From Lama guanicoe (lineage: Eukaryota): a stretch of 64,000 nt of DNA. Every line of letters starts with the position of its first letter. The stretch's first letter is position 1. Under the pieces are notes generated by a model, which was given only the letters and a program-made list of their open reading frames with translations, was not told the DNA's origin and searched no databases. Positions 50,993-64,000 of this stretch are shown here, piece by piece. The position numbers were made by a program, and so were the translations under genes. The stretch spans positions 3,946,167 through 4,010,166 of the forward strand of contig MU054001.1 in assembly GCA_013239625.1 (NCBI GenBank), in the 5' to 3' direction.

Positions 50993-53879
50993 AAATGAGG
51001 GTGTGGCCAATAGTGGCCATGCCAAAATTTCCTGGTGCTTTCAGATCTTCCATCTTCTCAAAGCTGGGTTTCTATGTGAAATGTCCCAATTTTTAAATTT
51101 TGGCAACTAATTTATTAAAAAATTATCTGCCTATGCCGTGGAGCCAAAAGGCAAGTATGAGGGTCACCAGCTGGGCCTCTGCTAAGTCCAGAAGGAAAAT
51201 AAGAAAATACATAACCCCCTTCCCAACGCTGGAGGCCCTGATCTCCCTACAGGCCAAGCTCAGAACCCACAGCCCGGAAGAGGCCTCCGAGGGGCTCACA
51301 CAACAGAGGTGGAGACGGACCAGGAATCTGAGTTACTTCTGGGAGAAATACTGCCACAACCTCACCCGCTTTGCAAACTCCCTTTCCAGGAACACAGGCT
51401 GACAAACTCCCAGAAGCAGAGAACAGATTCCCTTTGCAGGAAAACAGAGATTTTCCTCACCAGTGTCCCTGCCCCCACTTAGCCGCTCTCTCCCCCTAAA
51501 TACAATTACCCTCCTGCCAACATTTCTAGAGCCCAGGCCCTGTGTGGTTCTGGTCCATGAAGCAGGTACGTGTGAACCACCCGCCTCTGACAACAGCCAG
51601 CCTCTGGACACTCTGGTGAACCTTTCAGGGCCAACATTCCCCTAGAGGACTGGGCTCTGAATCTCCTAGCCCCGAGTTAAAGAATTGTTCTAAGCAAGTT
51701 TCCTTTACTTTGAGTGAAAATCTGGGTTACTAGGGGGAGGGCAGTGGAGAAGCTAATAAATCTTAGAATATACTTTTTGGCTAAAAGAAAAAAAAAAACC
51801 CTACTTACTGGTGTCATGAAACAACTTTCCAGCTCTCTCTGAAGAGAGCGGGGTTCAGAAGTTACTATTGTATTCAAGCTGTATTAAATCAAGCTGTGAG
51901 CAGCACCGGGGTTATGCTTTTAAAGAATGCCCTGAGCCAATTCTGATGTTTAAAGGGAAAAGGAAAAGTTTCCAAGGCTTCCATAAATTCCGACGGGAGG
52001 AAGTTTCAAACTTGGGTGTTCACAGTCCGTGGCCCCCACATGGAAACAGCTTGGTTTCATGTATTTGGTTTTCCTGTTCAAACTTGAGGGTCTTTTAACT
52101 TTTTATTTTTACAGGGCTCCAAAGAAAAGGGAGAGAAAGCCATTAGCTTCCCAAGTGCCAAAGAAAACCCCGGAGCTTCCCTCAGAGGGCCTCTGCCTGA
52201 GGCAGCCGCGAGGCTGGGGGGGTGGGGAGGGGACCCCCTGGTCCCTGGCACACCCCAGGCAGGGCTCCTCCTGCCCGCTGGAGGCCAGGCCCACAGGGCC
52301 AGCTGCTAATTAACTCAGACAAGAGCAATTCAGGCCAAAGCGTGTGAGTGGAGACCGGGCAGGATAGTCATTTGGCTGGGGCTGGGCTTCGGCCGCCAAT
52401 GGCAGCAGGAGGAACAAAATGGAGCCTTTCCAAAAACAAGATGAGGCCCCGCCAAGAGCCGAGGAATCCTAATTTTAGTCCCTGGGGGAAGACGGCTGTG
52501 TCTGCTCAGCCAGAGCACCAGTGAGGCCCAGCATCCCTCAGAAATGTCAACCAAACCAAACAGGCCCTCCCAGGCTACCTCAGCCCCAGGCCCTGACTTC
52601 AAGGAGCTCACCCTCAGTCAGTAGGGCTGACTCACACACACCAATCCCTGATCCCCAGCCCCACTCTCTTGAGTGCTGTCCGCCCAGGAGGTGGTCAAGG
52701 CAAATGCAGTATACCCATTGGACAGGCGGGAACACTGAGTCCCCAGAGAGGCAGCGGTGAGGCAGAATGAACACGGGCAGTCCTGAGCCTGGATCCAATA
52801 TGGAGTCCCGTCACACAATACCTGTGTGACCAGGAAGAAGGCACTTTGTCACTCAGAGCCTCAGTTTTACCATCTGTAAAATGGAAGTGAGAATGCATAC
52901 CTCAGAAAGTCATGATGAGGCATAAATAAAATTTAGAAATGTATATAGACATATATATACACATACGTGTGTACGTGTGTGTGAAGAAGTGGCTCCTGGG
53001 CCACACCCCAGACGCAGAGGGTTGACAGCTGTCATCCCTGCAGCTGGTCACCCTTTCGCCACCTGCGGTACCAACACCAAGACACTCCTTGGGTCGCCGC
53101 CTCCCCTCTCCCAGTCCCTTTGGCTGTGGGCCTGACCTGTTTCCATATGGGTTCTCAGACACATCCAGAATCAGAATCACCAGGGGTCGAGCCCAGAAGT
53201 TACCTATTTGTTTAATTTCCCCAGGTGCACAAGAGGCGTTCTTAGGAACAGCTGCCAAGAAAACTCGAGAGGGCTCAGAGGCTGTGCTCATAGAGGGTGT
53301 TAATCCCCCCAGGAAGCAGCACCTCTGTAAAGGGTCTCGGATTCCGGAGGGCTGTCAGGATGGGACCCTCTCCCAGACCCAAGCCAAGATGAGAGTGTCC
53401 AAGGGAGCTCCCGGGAGGCAGAGACCAGGCAGAGCTCTGATCTGACCCCAGAAAGCATTCACTGGCCCTTCTCCCCACCATCTGCCTTCAACCCACGGGG
53501 CAGATCTACTCGAGGATGGATGCCCAGTCTCTAAACTGTGCTTCCACTTGTCCCTTTAATGTCTGATCATAGCCCCTAAGCCTAAGTGGGGAAACCGGAG
53601 ACATCTACCCTGCCAAGGGGCAACTTCCAGAAAAGGAGGTCTCCATAGTAACCCTCCAGGTGGAGAAACTGATGAGTTACCTGGTGACCAGACAGGGTGC
53701 AGGGGGGACAGTGGGTGGGGGGGACAGGATGGTACTGAAGGGTAGGGCTGGGGCTTTTCCAGCAAGTAAGGAAACAACAAAGACCTACCTGTCCAGAAGC
53801 AAAAATATTTCCAGAAAGATTTTTCCCTCTTCTATCTCTTTCTCCCTTGTAAGACGAAATCTTGAAGGGAATAATTATT

Positions 53880-54125
53880 AGTTATAATAAGAGCAGCTTT
53901 ACTGAGCACCTCATCTATGCCATACCACAGGGCTTCACAAGCAAGACCTCACGCAATGCATACACCAGCCTCAAGGGAGAGGTTCAGCTGGTAGTCCCAT
54001 TTTACAGGTAGGGAGACTGAGGCCTCAGAAAGATGAGAAAAGTTGTCTAAGGTCACACAACTGAGAGGTAACAGGCCCCAGATTCAAACTCATCCAATTC
54101 CAGAGCCCACTCTTCTACCCTCTTC
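53880..54125 (-). mobile_element. MIR SINE
   Basis: cccattttacaggtagggagactgaggcctcag...ctaaggtcacacaact. Confidence 0.75.
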
Positions 54126-54599
54126 TGCAAAGGCACATCAACACCCCTTCTCACCGCCCCCTTCTCTGGGCTTAACAGAGACTGGCTTTGGATCCAGCTC
54201 TGCCCGACTCAGCAGCACACTCAAGCCCCAATGCCAAGCTGCCTCTAAGCCGGTGAAGAGGAACTGTGGGGATGGGGGAAAACCCATTTTTAAGGGTGGG
54301 CTAGTTGTGTACAGAGCACTTATTTGTTTCCCAGGGTCCCACAGCAGACGCCCTGAACCCCTGCCCAGCTAGAGCACAAAGGAAGGGGGTGGGGTACATA
54401 ACCTTGCAGCATCCAACCTTCCAGCCTGCCCCAAGTAACATGTAGGGGGGAAGAAAAATCACTGGTTAATTAGAAGGAAAAAAAATCCAAGATAGAAGCA
54501 ACTTAGAAGTGACTCAGTCCAACTACTCCACCCCGATTTATAGACAGGATATTTGAAGCCCAGAGAAGGGAAGCAACTTGTCCAAAGCACACAAAAGCA

Positions 54600-55545
54600 A
54601 TTTCATTCTGCAAGTATTAATGGATGCCTACTATGTGCCAGGCACAGTGCTAAGCATGGAGCTCTGGGGGTTAATAACAAAAACTGCCCCCTGAAACCCC
54701 AGAGGTGATGTTCCTGTGGGAGGTGAGCAGTGGGTCAATTACCATGTGAACGAATCACTGATGACCAATGGTAAGGAGCACCCCAAGGGAGTGGAAAGAG
54801 CTGGGTGTGATGAGGAACAGCAGTGAGGAAGGAACTGGTCCTAAGTGGGGCCTCAAGGAAGGCCACTCTGAGGCTGTGATGTGGAAGTTGAGTCCTGAAA
54901 AGTGGGTAGGGGAGAACAAGGCCAAGAGTATCAGGAAGAGCATCCCAAGCAGAGGGAATAGCATGCGCAAAGGCCCTGAGGTAGAAGTGTGATGGATGTG
55001 TTCCAAAAAGGACCAGAGTAGCTGGGACAGAAGGAGTGAGGGGGAAGGCAGGAGGGGATGAGAGGTGGGAGAGGGGCAAATCATGCTCACTCTTAAAGAC
55101 TGTGGGAAGCATTTTAGACATTTCTCTCAAGGTCGTGAGAAGTCATAGTAGGGATTTAAATAGGAGTATGATTCTGTAAAATCCCACTGTGTTCTGTAAG
55201 ATCAGCCTGATTGAAACACAGAAGATAAAATCAGGGGCTGTTGGAATCCTCCAGGAGTAATATGGTGGTGGCTTAAACCAGGATGGGGACAGTAGCAAGA
55301 TGTGGATAAATTTAAGGTTCATTTGGTCACAGAATTGACAAATATTGTCCATCTGTTGGCTATTCAGTTGAGAGAGGGGAGGAGGAGTTGGGAATGACCT
55401 CAACAATAGGTGAATGGAAGGCCAGTCACTGGGCTGGTGGGGACTGGAGCACTCATGGGTTCCCAAGGAAGATGAAGAGAGTAGTTTTGGACAGGTTATG
55501 TTGGGTGTGTAAGTGACACTGAGAGGAGGTATCAAGCAGTGATAC
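54600..55545 (-). mobile_element. L2 LINE 3' fragment
   Basis: Reverse L2 tail aagtattaatggatgcctactatgtgccaggcacagtgctaag, and gcagagggaatagcatgcgcaaaggccctgaggtag. Confidence 0.85.
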
Positions 55546-56309
55546 CCAGGTGTCCAGTCTGCCTGAAACTCCCAAGGCCCTCACTCAACCCCCAGAACCA
55601 CCATGTACATACACCCTGGGTCCTCCCAGGATGCGGCCAGCTGGTCCTCCTCATCCTAACTGACCAGCCTCTCTCCATCACCTCCTCCCACAGAAGGCAG
55701 AGTCTTGGCATCTCTGTCTCTCAAATCATGATCTCAGAAGAGGGAATTTGGTTTAGTTACGGGAAGGTTGCCAGCCGCAGTCCACAAGCCAGGGCCCATG
55801 TCACTGACAATTTCCAAGGCCTTGAAAAGGACCTTTAATCCAATTGTCTGTGTCAGGCAGTCAATGAGCAGCCCCTCCTTCCCCCTCCACCTTCCTCCCA
55901 GCTCTCCCTTTGAAGGCAGCCCCAGGGAGGAGCTACCAGCACAGCCGTGGCCCAGCCCCGGCAGCTGCACACCCGCACAGCCAGGAGGGCCTGCCAGGAG
56001 CCTGGAGAAGGCCACTGATGACCAGAGCCCAGCGTGAAACCCCTCAGTGCCTGGTCTGGTGCTGCTATGGCTGGGGGTCGGAGGTGGGGGCACATCATTC
56101 AAATACCCTCCAGCCACGTTCCTTGCTCAGCGCGAAGTGCTGCCCAGATGTTAACAGTCCTCCCAGCAACACATTTTCCAGATGGAAAAACTGAGGCTCA
56201 CAGACACTATGGTCACTCCGTAAATTTTGGAAGTGGAAGCCCTACCCCAGTAAGCCTCCAGAGGCTTCGTTTATTACATATCAATGTGAACGACAGTAAT
56301 AACCACCCT

Positions 56310-56500
56310 GCTCATTGCCTGTTCTGTCAGGTCCTGAGCTAAGTGTTTCACAGGCATTCTCAACCTACACAACCATTTCTCCTCCCATTTTACAGGTGCG
56401 GAAACAGAGGCACAGAGAGGTTAAGGAACTCGCCCAAGGTCACATAGCTAATAAGTGGCAGAGCCAGCACCTGCATCAGGTCTGGCTGTCTCTGGAGCAT
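56310..56500 (-). mobile_element. MIR SINE
   Basis: cccattttacaggtgcggaaacagaggcacagagaggttaaggaactcgcccaaggtcacatagct. Confidence 0.85.
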
Positions 56501-56746
56501 TTCTCATTCTTTATTATCTGCCCTCACCCCATACAGAACCTACTGAAACTTTTTTCCTAATCACTCCAACGTGAAATTTTAATACCACTGTTTGTCTATT
56601 TATGTAGAGATATATATATACACACATACATACAATCTGTGCTTTATATCTAACGAGACTAAGATTTTTGTGCCCCCCCAACCCCAAACCATTTTTCACC
56701 TCCTGGGGGGCAGTATCATCACCATTGAGAATGGTCTAGAATTTAG

Positions 56747-57072
56747 ACCAGTGCTTGCTACCCTGTAGGAATAGAATGTTAAATCATACGTGTAATTTTA
56801 AGTTTTCTAGTTGCCACATTAAAAAAAAGAGAGAAAAACAAGTGAAATTAACTTTATTAATGTTATTTAAGCCAAAATGTCAAAAATACTTCCATTTCAA
56901 AATATCATCATTTTTTATTATCAATGTAAAAATTATTAAGGAGAAATGCTACATTCTCTGTTTTTATACGAAGCCTTTGAAACCTGCCATGTATTTACAA
57001 CCCAGCCCAGCCCTATTTCAAACGCTCGACAACTGTGCGAGGCTAGGGGCCACATTGTGGACAGTGCCCCCT
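56747..57072. mobile_element. hAT-Charlie MITE (MER33-like)
   Basis: gtaattttaagttttctagttgccacattaaaaaa...gtgaaattaacttta and end ggccacattgtggacagtgc. Confidence 0.75.
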
Positions 57073-60000
57073 GTGCTCTAAACACTCTGCTAAGCAAATT
57101 GTTTATCTTCCCCCCAAAGCCTAGAAAATGAAGTTCTGAGACACTTTCTCCATCCAAGGGACACTTTGGAGAGTCACCACCATCCTAACCAGCAGGTCCC
57201 ACTGACTGTGTTCTCAAGCCAACTATGGACCAGAAGCCACGCTAAGATGCTCTCAAGGAGACAGGAAGATGACTAAGAACTGGCATTTGCACTCAAGCAG
57301 CTTATAATTTAAGGTGGGGAGGGTGAAATATTTACCAAACCCTACTGCACACCAGGCCCATTATCTTTTCATCCTCACACTCAGCCTAGAAGGGAGGGGG
57401 GCTCTATGTTGCCATCCCATTTCACTGATGAAGAAACTGAGATTGAGAGAACATGGGTTTTGTCCAGGGTCCATCTGTCTGATGTGGCCAACCCAGAGCA
57501 GAACACAGGAGGGATCAGCAACGTGATATGAAGGCTTTCAGGAGCAAGAAGGGCAGCTTTGGGGAAGACTCTGGCGGCATGGTGGGAGGAAGAAGGAGGT
57601 GTAAATGAATAATGGAGGCTGTGTGAAAAGAAAGGAGGAGGGCAGGGTTCTGAAGATAAAGAAGGAGCATGTGCATTTGCAGGGAAGGAAGAAGCAACAT
57701 GTGGATTCCTGGAGGAAGGTACAGCACAAGTGGACCCGTAAGAGGCAGGAATTCTGGGCACTAAGATGCCTTGGCACGTAGCCCGTGTGCAGGGCATTGT
57801 ATGAAAAGAGTCCAAGTTCCATCAAGGAGTCACAGAAAAGCACCCACTGCCCAACCCACAGGCCATAATGCCAGTGGAATCCAACTTCCCAAAATATTTA
57901 CCAGAAGGCTCTGGGCACCAGACTCCCTTCTGTAAACTTGGGTACCATTCCAAAGCTGAAACGATAGATCTCCCAGAGAACAAGATAAACTCTCCCTCAC
58001 ATTCTAAATAACGACAGGGAGGTGAGGAAGAGAACGAAATAAATCAACCCTCTCCAACCGCCCAACTTAAAAGGGATTATGCTCAGAAGCAAGAAGAGGG
58101 CAAGGATGCTGTCTCCTTATCAGACACACGGCCGCTCCAGACACAAACAAAACCCTTGGCAGGCACCCTTCTTCCACGTCGAGGTGGGGAGGGGAGAACA
58201 AAGTCTTAATCCGCAAAGGTCAAACCCATCCTCCTTGAGCACAATCAAGCCAATATTCTTTTCCCCTAATTTCCGGGAGAGATCAGTCCCTTCCATGAGC
58301 TGAAGTACAGACTGGAGCTCAAAGAACGAGGCCCGTAAATCTCCAGCTTGCTGGAGTGGCCCCAATTTCCAACCCCCCACCACGGTATCAGACTAGAAGA
58401 TATCATTTGGGACTCAGGAAATATGCCCACTGGGCTCCAAGTGGGATGAGCTGGTTCTGGAATGTGGATGAGGAAGGCCCATCTCTCTGCCTCCGACAAA
58501 TCGCCATCGGACATCATGGATTGAGAAAACGAGTAAGTGCTTGACATAGATGATCTCACTTAATGCTCACAAGCCCAAGCGGTGGATAAGCATGTTATCC
58601 CCGATTTACATGTGAAAATAGAGGCTCAGAGGGGTGAGGGCCCAGAGTCACACAGCTTATAAATGGCAGAGCCAGGTGACCCCAGCTGGGGGCCTCCCAC
58701 ACTGCTGTACCACCCCATTTCTTCCTCTCTCTGCCATGCACCCCCAGGTCAAAGCCCAGCTCTGACCACCTCCCTTCCCTGTTCTACAAGCTTAGGCTCC
58801 CTTCTGCCCACGCAACCAGCCCCACATCCCCAGGGAGGGTTAAGAGAAGGTGGGCACATGCCCAGGAGCCCGCCAGCTTCCCGCACCACCTCCTGTCACC
58901 CACTCCCAACTCCAGAAATGCAGCCTGGCCTCTCAAACGGCCCGTCCAAGAAGCGGGCTTTCTAGCATAATATTTTCCTCCCACAGAACGTGAGAATAAA
59001 GGGCTCTTTGCTTGTCTCCTGAAATAACTGGCTCTCACCATAAAGCAATCTTCTGCCCAGTAAAAATATTTCTGTAAAACTTGGTAACTCTATCTGAGGT
59101 TTCTTTTCTGAACGTCAAAAATCTTGGGAGAGTGAAACATGGCAGGGACAGACTTTATGACAAGCTCATGAAGTCATGTCTCCCCAAGACATAACCTCCT
59201 TAATGCCGTGATTAATTTGCTGTTAACCACAGGGACTTTGTGTCTTAATACTCTCAAAGCAAGTCACCAGTTGGCATTTCTACAGAACAGTATCCACCAC
59301 CTGAGACCTGGTGTCCAGCCAGGTGAACAGTGGAGCCACTGGCCGGGGCTTAGTGGCCAGAAAGGACTCTGCTGAGATCGCGGAACTCCTTCAAGTGGCC
59401 ATAATGCACAGGTGAGCCCTCACCTGTGGCCTGTCCATGGCCAGGCAGGAGGCACAGTTGATAAAATAAGTGAGAGGTATCCTAAATGCAGAATGTAAAA
59501 GCACTCATGACTAACCCAAACTAACCCCAAGACACCTGGATAAGCCACTGAAACCTCATTCTAGGGAACTCACGAGTGAACAAAGATGTTGTCTCTGAAA
59601 CTCTGCATCCATCAAACAGCAACCAAGCCCCTTCTGGATGCTGTCCTGGGCCCCGGAGAGACGGAGTGGGTTTGCTGGGAATCTTCCAGAACACATCACC
59701 AGCTCCAGAGGTCTTATCGGGCCTTTGAGCGTGTTTACTGAGTGCTTACTGCATACTAAGCCTTAAATCACAACATGCGTTTTTCATTTAATCCTTGAAA
59801 TGATTCCAAGAGATGGATACTTTTTTCCTTCATTTTATAGGTAAGGAAATTAAGGCCCAATGTCAAAACAGTTCAGGACAAACCCAGATCCAAAGCCCAG
59901 GTCCAAAGCTCTGTGCCCCCTGGAGTGGAAAAGACCCATAGAGGGGAGGGGGGAAAAAAAGTAAAATAACAAAGTTAGAAAAAAAAAACAACCATGCAAA

Positions 60001-60489
60001 CTGAGGCAGAGCTTCTTAACTTGGGGGCTACGGGTGCCCTGGAATTGGAGGTAATGGCGGAAGAGAATTTATTTGAAGAGGAAGATACCATCAGATACAG
60101 CAGATTCCCAACAGGGTCTATTACCTATCCCCTGAGGATTATGATCACTGAACTATGATCATCGCAGAGAGGTTAGGAGCTTGAAAGGAAAGCTGTGACC
60201 CATGTGGGCTGCACGGAGGAAGTGGCAAATCACCCCTGCTCTTCCCACTTCCAATGTCAGGGAGTAGTTCTCCCCAGACAGTCAGCTAATTGTCGGGCTG
60301 CCTTGTTCCCACCCACGCTCACCAGCTGCTGCCTGGGGCTGCGGTCAGTGAGTCTTACGTGGCGCATAAATGTTGGTTCTGTCCACCCGTGTGCACTCTG
60401 CAGCCTTCTCCTCACAGGTGCTTTTTCTTTAGGGAGCCATCCAACCCTCCCTCCCAGCCCTTGAGGTTTGGGGGTAGGGGGTGCTGATC

Positions 60490-60875
60490 CCAGCCCTCAC
60501 TCCAGGGCAGCCACGTGACCCAGGACCATTAGAGGTACAGAGTTTTGTTCTGGGGTGGACATGTGAGCCAGGTCAAAACAATGAGAGTCCTGCCTGAGCT
60601 TTGGCTGAAACTCTCTCTTCCAGCCAGAGATGGAAGCCCAGGCCACTGAGACCCAAACTGCCACTACCTGGGGAGAGCCTGCCCTAGAATGAACTGACCC
60701 AAAAGAAAGCAGAGCTGAAGGCATAGGCCGCCAACCTGGGACACAGCCAGAGCTCTAGGATCCAGCTGTACCTGAATTCAATTCACCCTCCCAACTTCCC
60801 CATTATACAGGCCAATAATGCGCCTCTGTATGAAACAGCTAAGATGTGCTTAAAACCCAAAGGATCCTGATTAAT
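60490..60875 (+). mobile_element. Old ERVL/MaLR LTR (LTR33-like)
   Basis: ggacatgtgagccaggtcaaaacaatgagagtcc ... ggatccagctgtacctgaa ... aggccaata. Confidence 0.55.
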
Positions 60876-62387
60876 CCATTCAGAGAAAGGTTGTACTTCC
60901 TTAACCACAAACCCCCCTGAAGCTGCTGCCCTTTTTGGTTTTGAAGACCCTGGCCTTGGGGGAGAAACCTTGGTTTTGTTAGGAAAGTAGTAGAACCACA
61001 CCTGGAGACCACATCAGGGTGTGTAGTGTGTGTGCAAAAGCACAGCTACAGAAATGAACCACACTCACCTAACAGTCTACTTTAGACCATGGGCGCAGGC
61101 CTGTAAATAACCAAGATGCCCAGCAGTAGGGAATCAGTGCAATAAATTACGGTCCATCCCTACGAGGGAAGGCTTGAGAGACAAGAAGAGCAAGCAGATT
61201 CTCTGCAGCGATATGGAAAGATTTCCAAGACACACTAAGTTAAAAAAGCAAGGTGCAGAAACAGAATATAACATGCAACTAAGGCTAAAAGAAAAGTAAG
61301 TCTCTATCACTTGTTTACAATTCCCTACCTTCAGTGAATTTTTCAAGTAACCAACAAAGATCAATGGCTTCCCAGTCTTGCTGGTCAAGAGGGCTTCTAT
61401 AGTCCATGCGGGGATAAGGGTCCACACTCACAGAGCAGGGCCGGAAGTGCCTCCGGGAGCCACAAACAGCAGATGCCTCAGAAGAGGGGCGCTGGGAGGC
61501 GGTGGTGTTGGCAGAGGTGGGAAGGAGGCTTCAAGTACATACACTTCAGTCCTGTTTTGATTTTTTTTCTTTTTTTTTTTTTCTTTTTTTATTCAAAGGT
61601 TCAGAGTAGCGAAGCTCTGTGAAGAGACGTGGGGACTTGGAGGACAGGACCTCCAGAGGCCACATGCCCTCTGGCCAAGCTGCCAGGCCCCTCTGAGCCT
61701 CACCCACCTGGCAAATGGCCCGTGAGCACCTGCCACATGCCAAGCAGTGCAAAAGGCCCTAAGGACACAGTGGGGAGCCACACGGAGCCTGCCCCACGGA
61801 CTCTGCAGTCAGGCCTCAGCTTCCCCATAGTATTAACACTTGCCCTGGCCAGGTTTCTGCAAATGTGAAATGCCTGACGAATCACTGGGAGGAAGGTTTT
61901 GCAGACCATAAAGCTCTGGATGAATGCTGGCTCTTCCTGCCAAAGAAAAGCTGGCCCATCTCAGTGCTGAGCCCCAGCCCCAGGAGCCCCAGCTTCCCAG
62001 ACCAGAGCCAATGGGACAAGTCCTCACCCACAAACCCCAGAGCAGATGTCAAGCAGGCCCTCCAAGGATAAGAAAACTAGGAAGGCCCCAAGTTAGGACA
62101 CCAGGAGAAGGTGCCCCAATCCACCCTCTGGGAGACCCCAGTATCCTTCCCATCACTGATCACGGCAGTGGCCAGCCTTGGCTTCCTCTGTCCAAGCTGG
62201 AGGGAAGCTGGAGGGAAGCCATGCCTCCAAGTAGCAGGGTCTGGAAAGGCCCCAGGGAGGGTTTCACCAGTGCTTCCTGGCGGCAGAGCTCTCCTTCCAC
62301 CACCATCTACTGCAAAGTGCCCCTTCCACCGCCCCCTGGTTGGGGGTTAGCCTGGTGCCCTGCAGCGCTGGCTCCTCTCCGTGGGTC

Positions 62388-62600
62388 CAGAGCTGTGCTA
62401 TCCAGGCAGAGGCTGCTAGCCCCACGTGGCTGTTTAAATTAGCATTTAAATTAATTCAAATATAATATATTTAAAATTCAGTTCCTCAGTCGCAGTAGCC
62501 ACATCCAAGTGCTCAGTAGCCACAGGTGGTGCACAGTTCCTACACTGGACAGTGCAGACATAGAGCCTTCCCATCATCACAGAAAGTTCTAGCACTAGTC
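62388..62600. mobile_element. hAT-Charlie MITE (MER3-like)
   Basis: gtagccacatccaagtgctcagtagccac...ggacagtgcagacatagagccttcccatcatcacagaaagttcta. Confidence 0.8.
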
Positions 62601-63129
62601 TACATATGCTTTTCACATCTCCTTCCTTCTAGTTATAAAAGAAGCCTGGCTGAGCTTGAAAAAGAGGCCAGGTCTCAATAACCGTCAGCAAGGTTCTCAA
62701 TCCACTTACAGGTGTGTGGATCCGCAGCCACGGGGAACCACACAGAAGGGAACAGGACCACTGACTGAGAACTTGTCATGGGTCAGGAACCATGGCGGCT
62801 TCTCCGCACCCGATCCCCACACTTCTACAGATGGGGAGCGCCATCCCCACCTCTGCCCTCCCCCTCCTGCTCCCTGCCCCCATCGCCTTTCCTGCAGGGC
62901 CAGTCACCCAACACAGAGAGGCTCTGGTTGTGGGAAGGGGAGGGGGGGAGAGGGGCAACCCACGGTCTCCACACTCGGGAGGCTTGGATGCAGGTGGTCC
63001 TCTGGGCCATACCCTGAGTCCTTCCCAAGCCCCTGCCCTCCACCTCTAGCTACCGTCTTCTCTCTCCACCCCTTCCAGAAAAGCTTTTCCAAAGAGTTTT
63101 GCCTACACATGCCATTTTCTCATTTCTCG

Positions 63130-63620
63130 TTGTTTTAAAACGTATTGGCACTTTGAAAAATACACAAGTAATACATGCTCACTGGGGGAAAAAAAGTCAA
63201 ACAATGTAGAAAAGTGGAATGTGAAATGTGAAATTCCTTCTCTCCTCACCACCTCCCAACACTCCACTCCTCAGGGAAAACAAACCTTGACGGTGTATTA
63301 TTCCAGATCTTTCTATGTGCACCTGCAGATATGTGGAGATGGAGGCCAGAACAGACTTTTGCACACTGCACAAAGCAGGACCACGTTGCACTGATGTCTC
63401 GCTCTTGCTTTGCTCATTTAACTGCATTTCAGGCCTCCTTCCCATCAGCCTGCAGCCCTCCGTCCACCTGGTTTTACCAGTTGCACAGAGATCCAGGAAA
63501 TGGCTACACCACTGTTTATCAGCCTGTCTCCTAGTGATGGATATCTGAGTTGTTACAAAATTTCCTCCTTCCAAATAATGCAGCCATGGATGTTCTTACA
63601 AGTATGTGCTTCGGCTCCCC
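63130..63620 (-). mobile_element. Old L1M (L1ME-like) 3' fragment
   Basis: agtaatacatgctcact...aaaaaagtcaaacaatgtagaaaag and gtgatggatatctgagttgtt...aaataatgcagccatggatgttctt. Confidence 0.6.
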
Positions 63621-63799
63621 TATAAGTGGTCCTCAGTTTCTTCAGGACCCATGCCAGTCTCACCTCTGCTGTCATTCCACCAAGATAGCTCCTGTCAAAC
63701 CAGACCGTGACCACTAGCATCCTAAATCCAATGGACACCTTTCAGTCTTTTCTCTTCCTCAGTCTCTCAGCAGCTTCTCTCCAGGAGACCACATCCTCT

Positions 63800-64000
63800 C
63801 TGGTTGACTATTTTGATGGCCCCCAGTAAATTACACCTCCCAGTATTTACGCCCCTGTGTAATCCCTTCCCCTACTCCTGGGCTGAACCTGTGGCTTACT
63901 TTAACAAAGAGAATGCGGCATTGCTGATTCCAGGACTAAACTTTAAGAAGGACTGGCAGTTTCTACTTTTACACTGTGGGGAAGCCGGCCCCCCCGTAAG
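63800..64000 (+). mobile_element. MaLR LTR (MLT1-type), truncated by the window end
   Basis: gatggcccccagt...cacctcccagtatttacgcccctgtgtaatcccttccc, typical MLT1 5' end. Confidence 0.7.

Larger units (their letters stand above)
1..64000 (-). other. NKD1: NKD1 gene body (partial): part of intron 3, exons 4-6 with introns 4-5, part of intron 6
   Basis: Three minus-strand exons splice in frame to ELVGEVFRETLSEEEEEDFRLE-VALPPEKTDGLASGDEKRMEKVSESCPGSKKQLKFE-ELQCDVSVEEDSRQEWTFTLYDFDNNGKVTRE, matching NKD1 as recalled. The next exon (DITSLLHTIY...) was not found in 1-3018 and the preceding exon was not found in 21687-64000. Confidence 0.93.

Noticed and set aside
58290..58544. Possible antisense exon or pseudogene (62-aa ORF ending near a GA|GTAAGT donor-like site)
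   Set aside because: No recognisable protein similarity and no clear acceptor or partner exons.
1..64000. Hundreds of 60-226 aa ORFs in the six-frame track, and the possibility of a novel multi-gene system, CRISPR array or operon
   Set aside because: The ORFs overlap on both strands, are Pro/Gly/Ser/Leu-rich as expected for GC-rich non-coding DNA, and lack recognisable domains. Only the three NKD1 exons and an L1 ORF2 remnant match known proteins. No regularly spaced repeat array was seen.

Overview
Mammalian genomic DNA, most likely a camelid (one Vic-1-type tRNA-derived SINE and cetartiodactyl-type L1 3' ends; no Alu, B1, Bov-tA or PRE1 seen). The whole window lies inside NKD1 (naked cuticle homolog 1, a Wnt/Dishevelled feedback antagonist) on the minus strand. 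Three coding exons are present with canonical AG/GT ends: 21684-21618 (67 nt), 6481-6375 (107 nt) and 3114-3019 (96 nt, most of the EF-hand loop). They match exons 4-6 of human NKD1 as I recall it; exons 1-3 and 7 onward fall outside the window. The rest is intron, filled with old repeats (MIR, L2, L1M, MaLR/ERVL LTRs, hAT and Tigger MITEs), a few younger L1/SINE insertions and microsatellites. Almost all ORFs in the supplied track are chance ORFs. I see no evidence for a new multi-gene system. The best leads are a 106-bp templated duplication inside a Tigger5-like element, a candidate 58-nt cryptic NKD1 exon with its donor inside a perfect hairpin, clusters of TCF/LEF and PBX-HOX/MEIS motifs, and an intronic CpG-rich patch. 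Repeat subfamily names are from memory of consensus sequences and most repeat boundaries are approximate.
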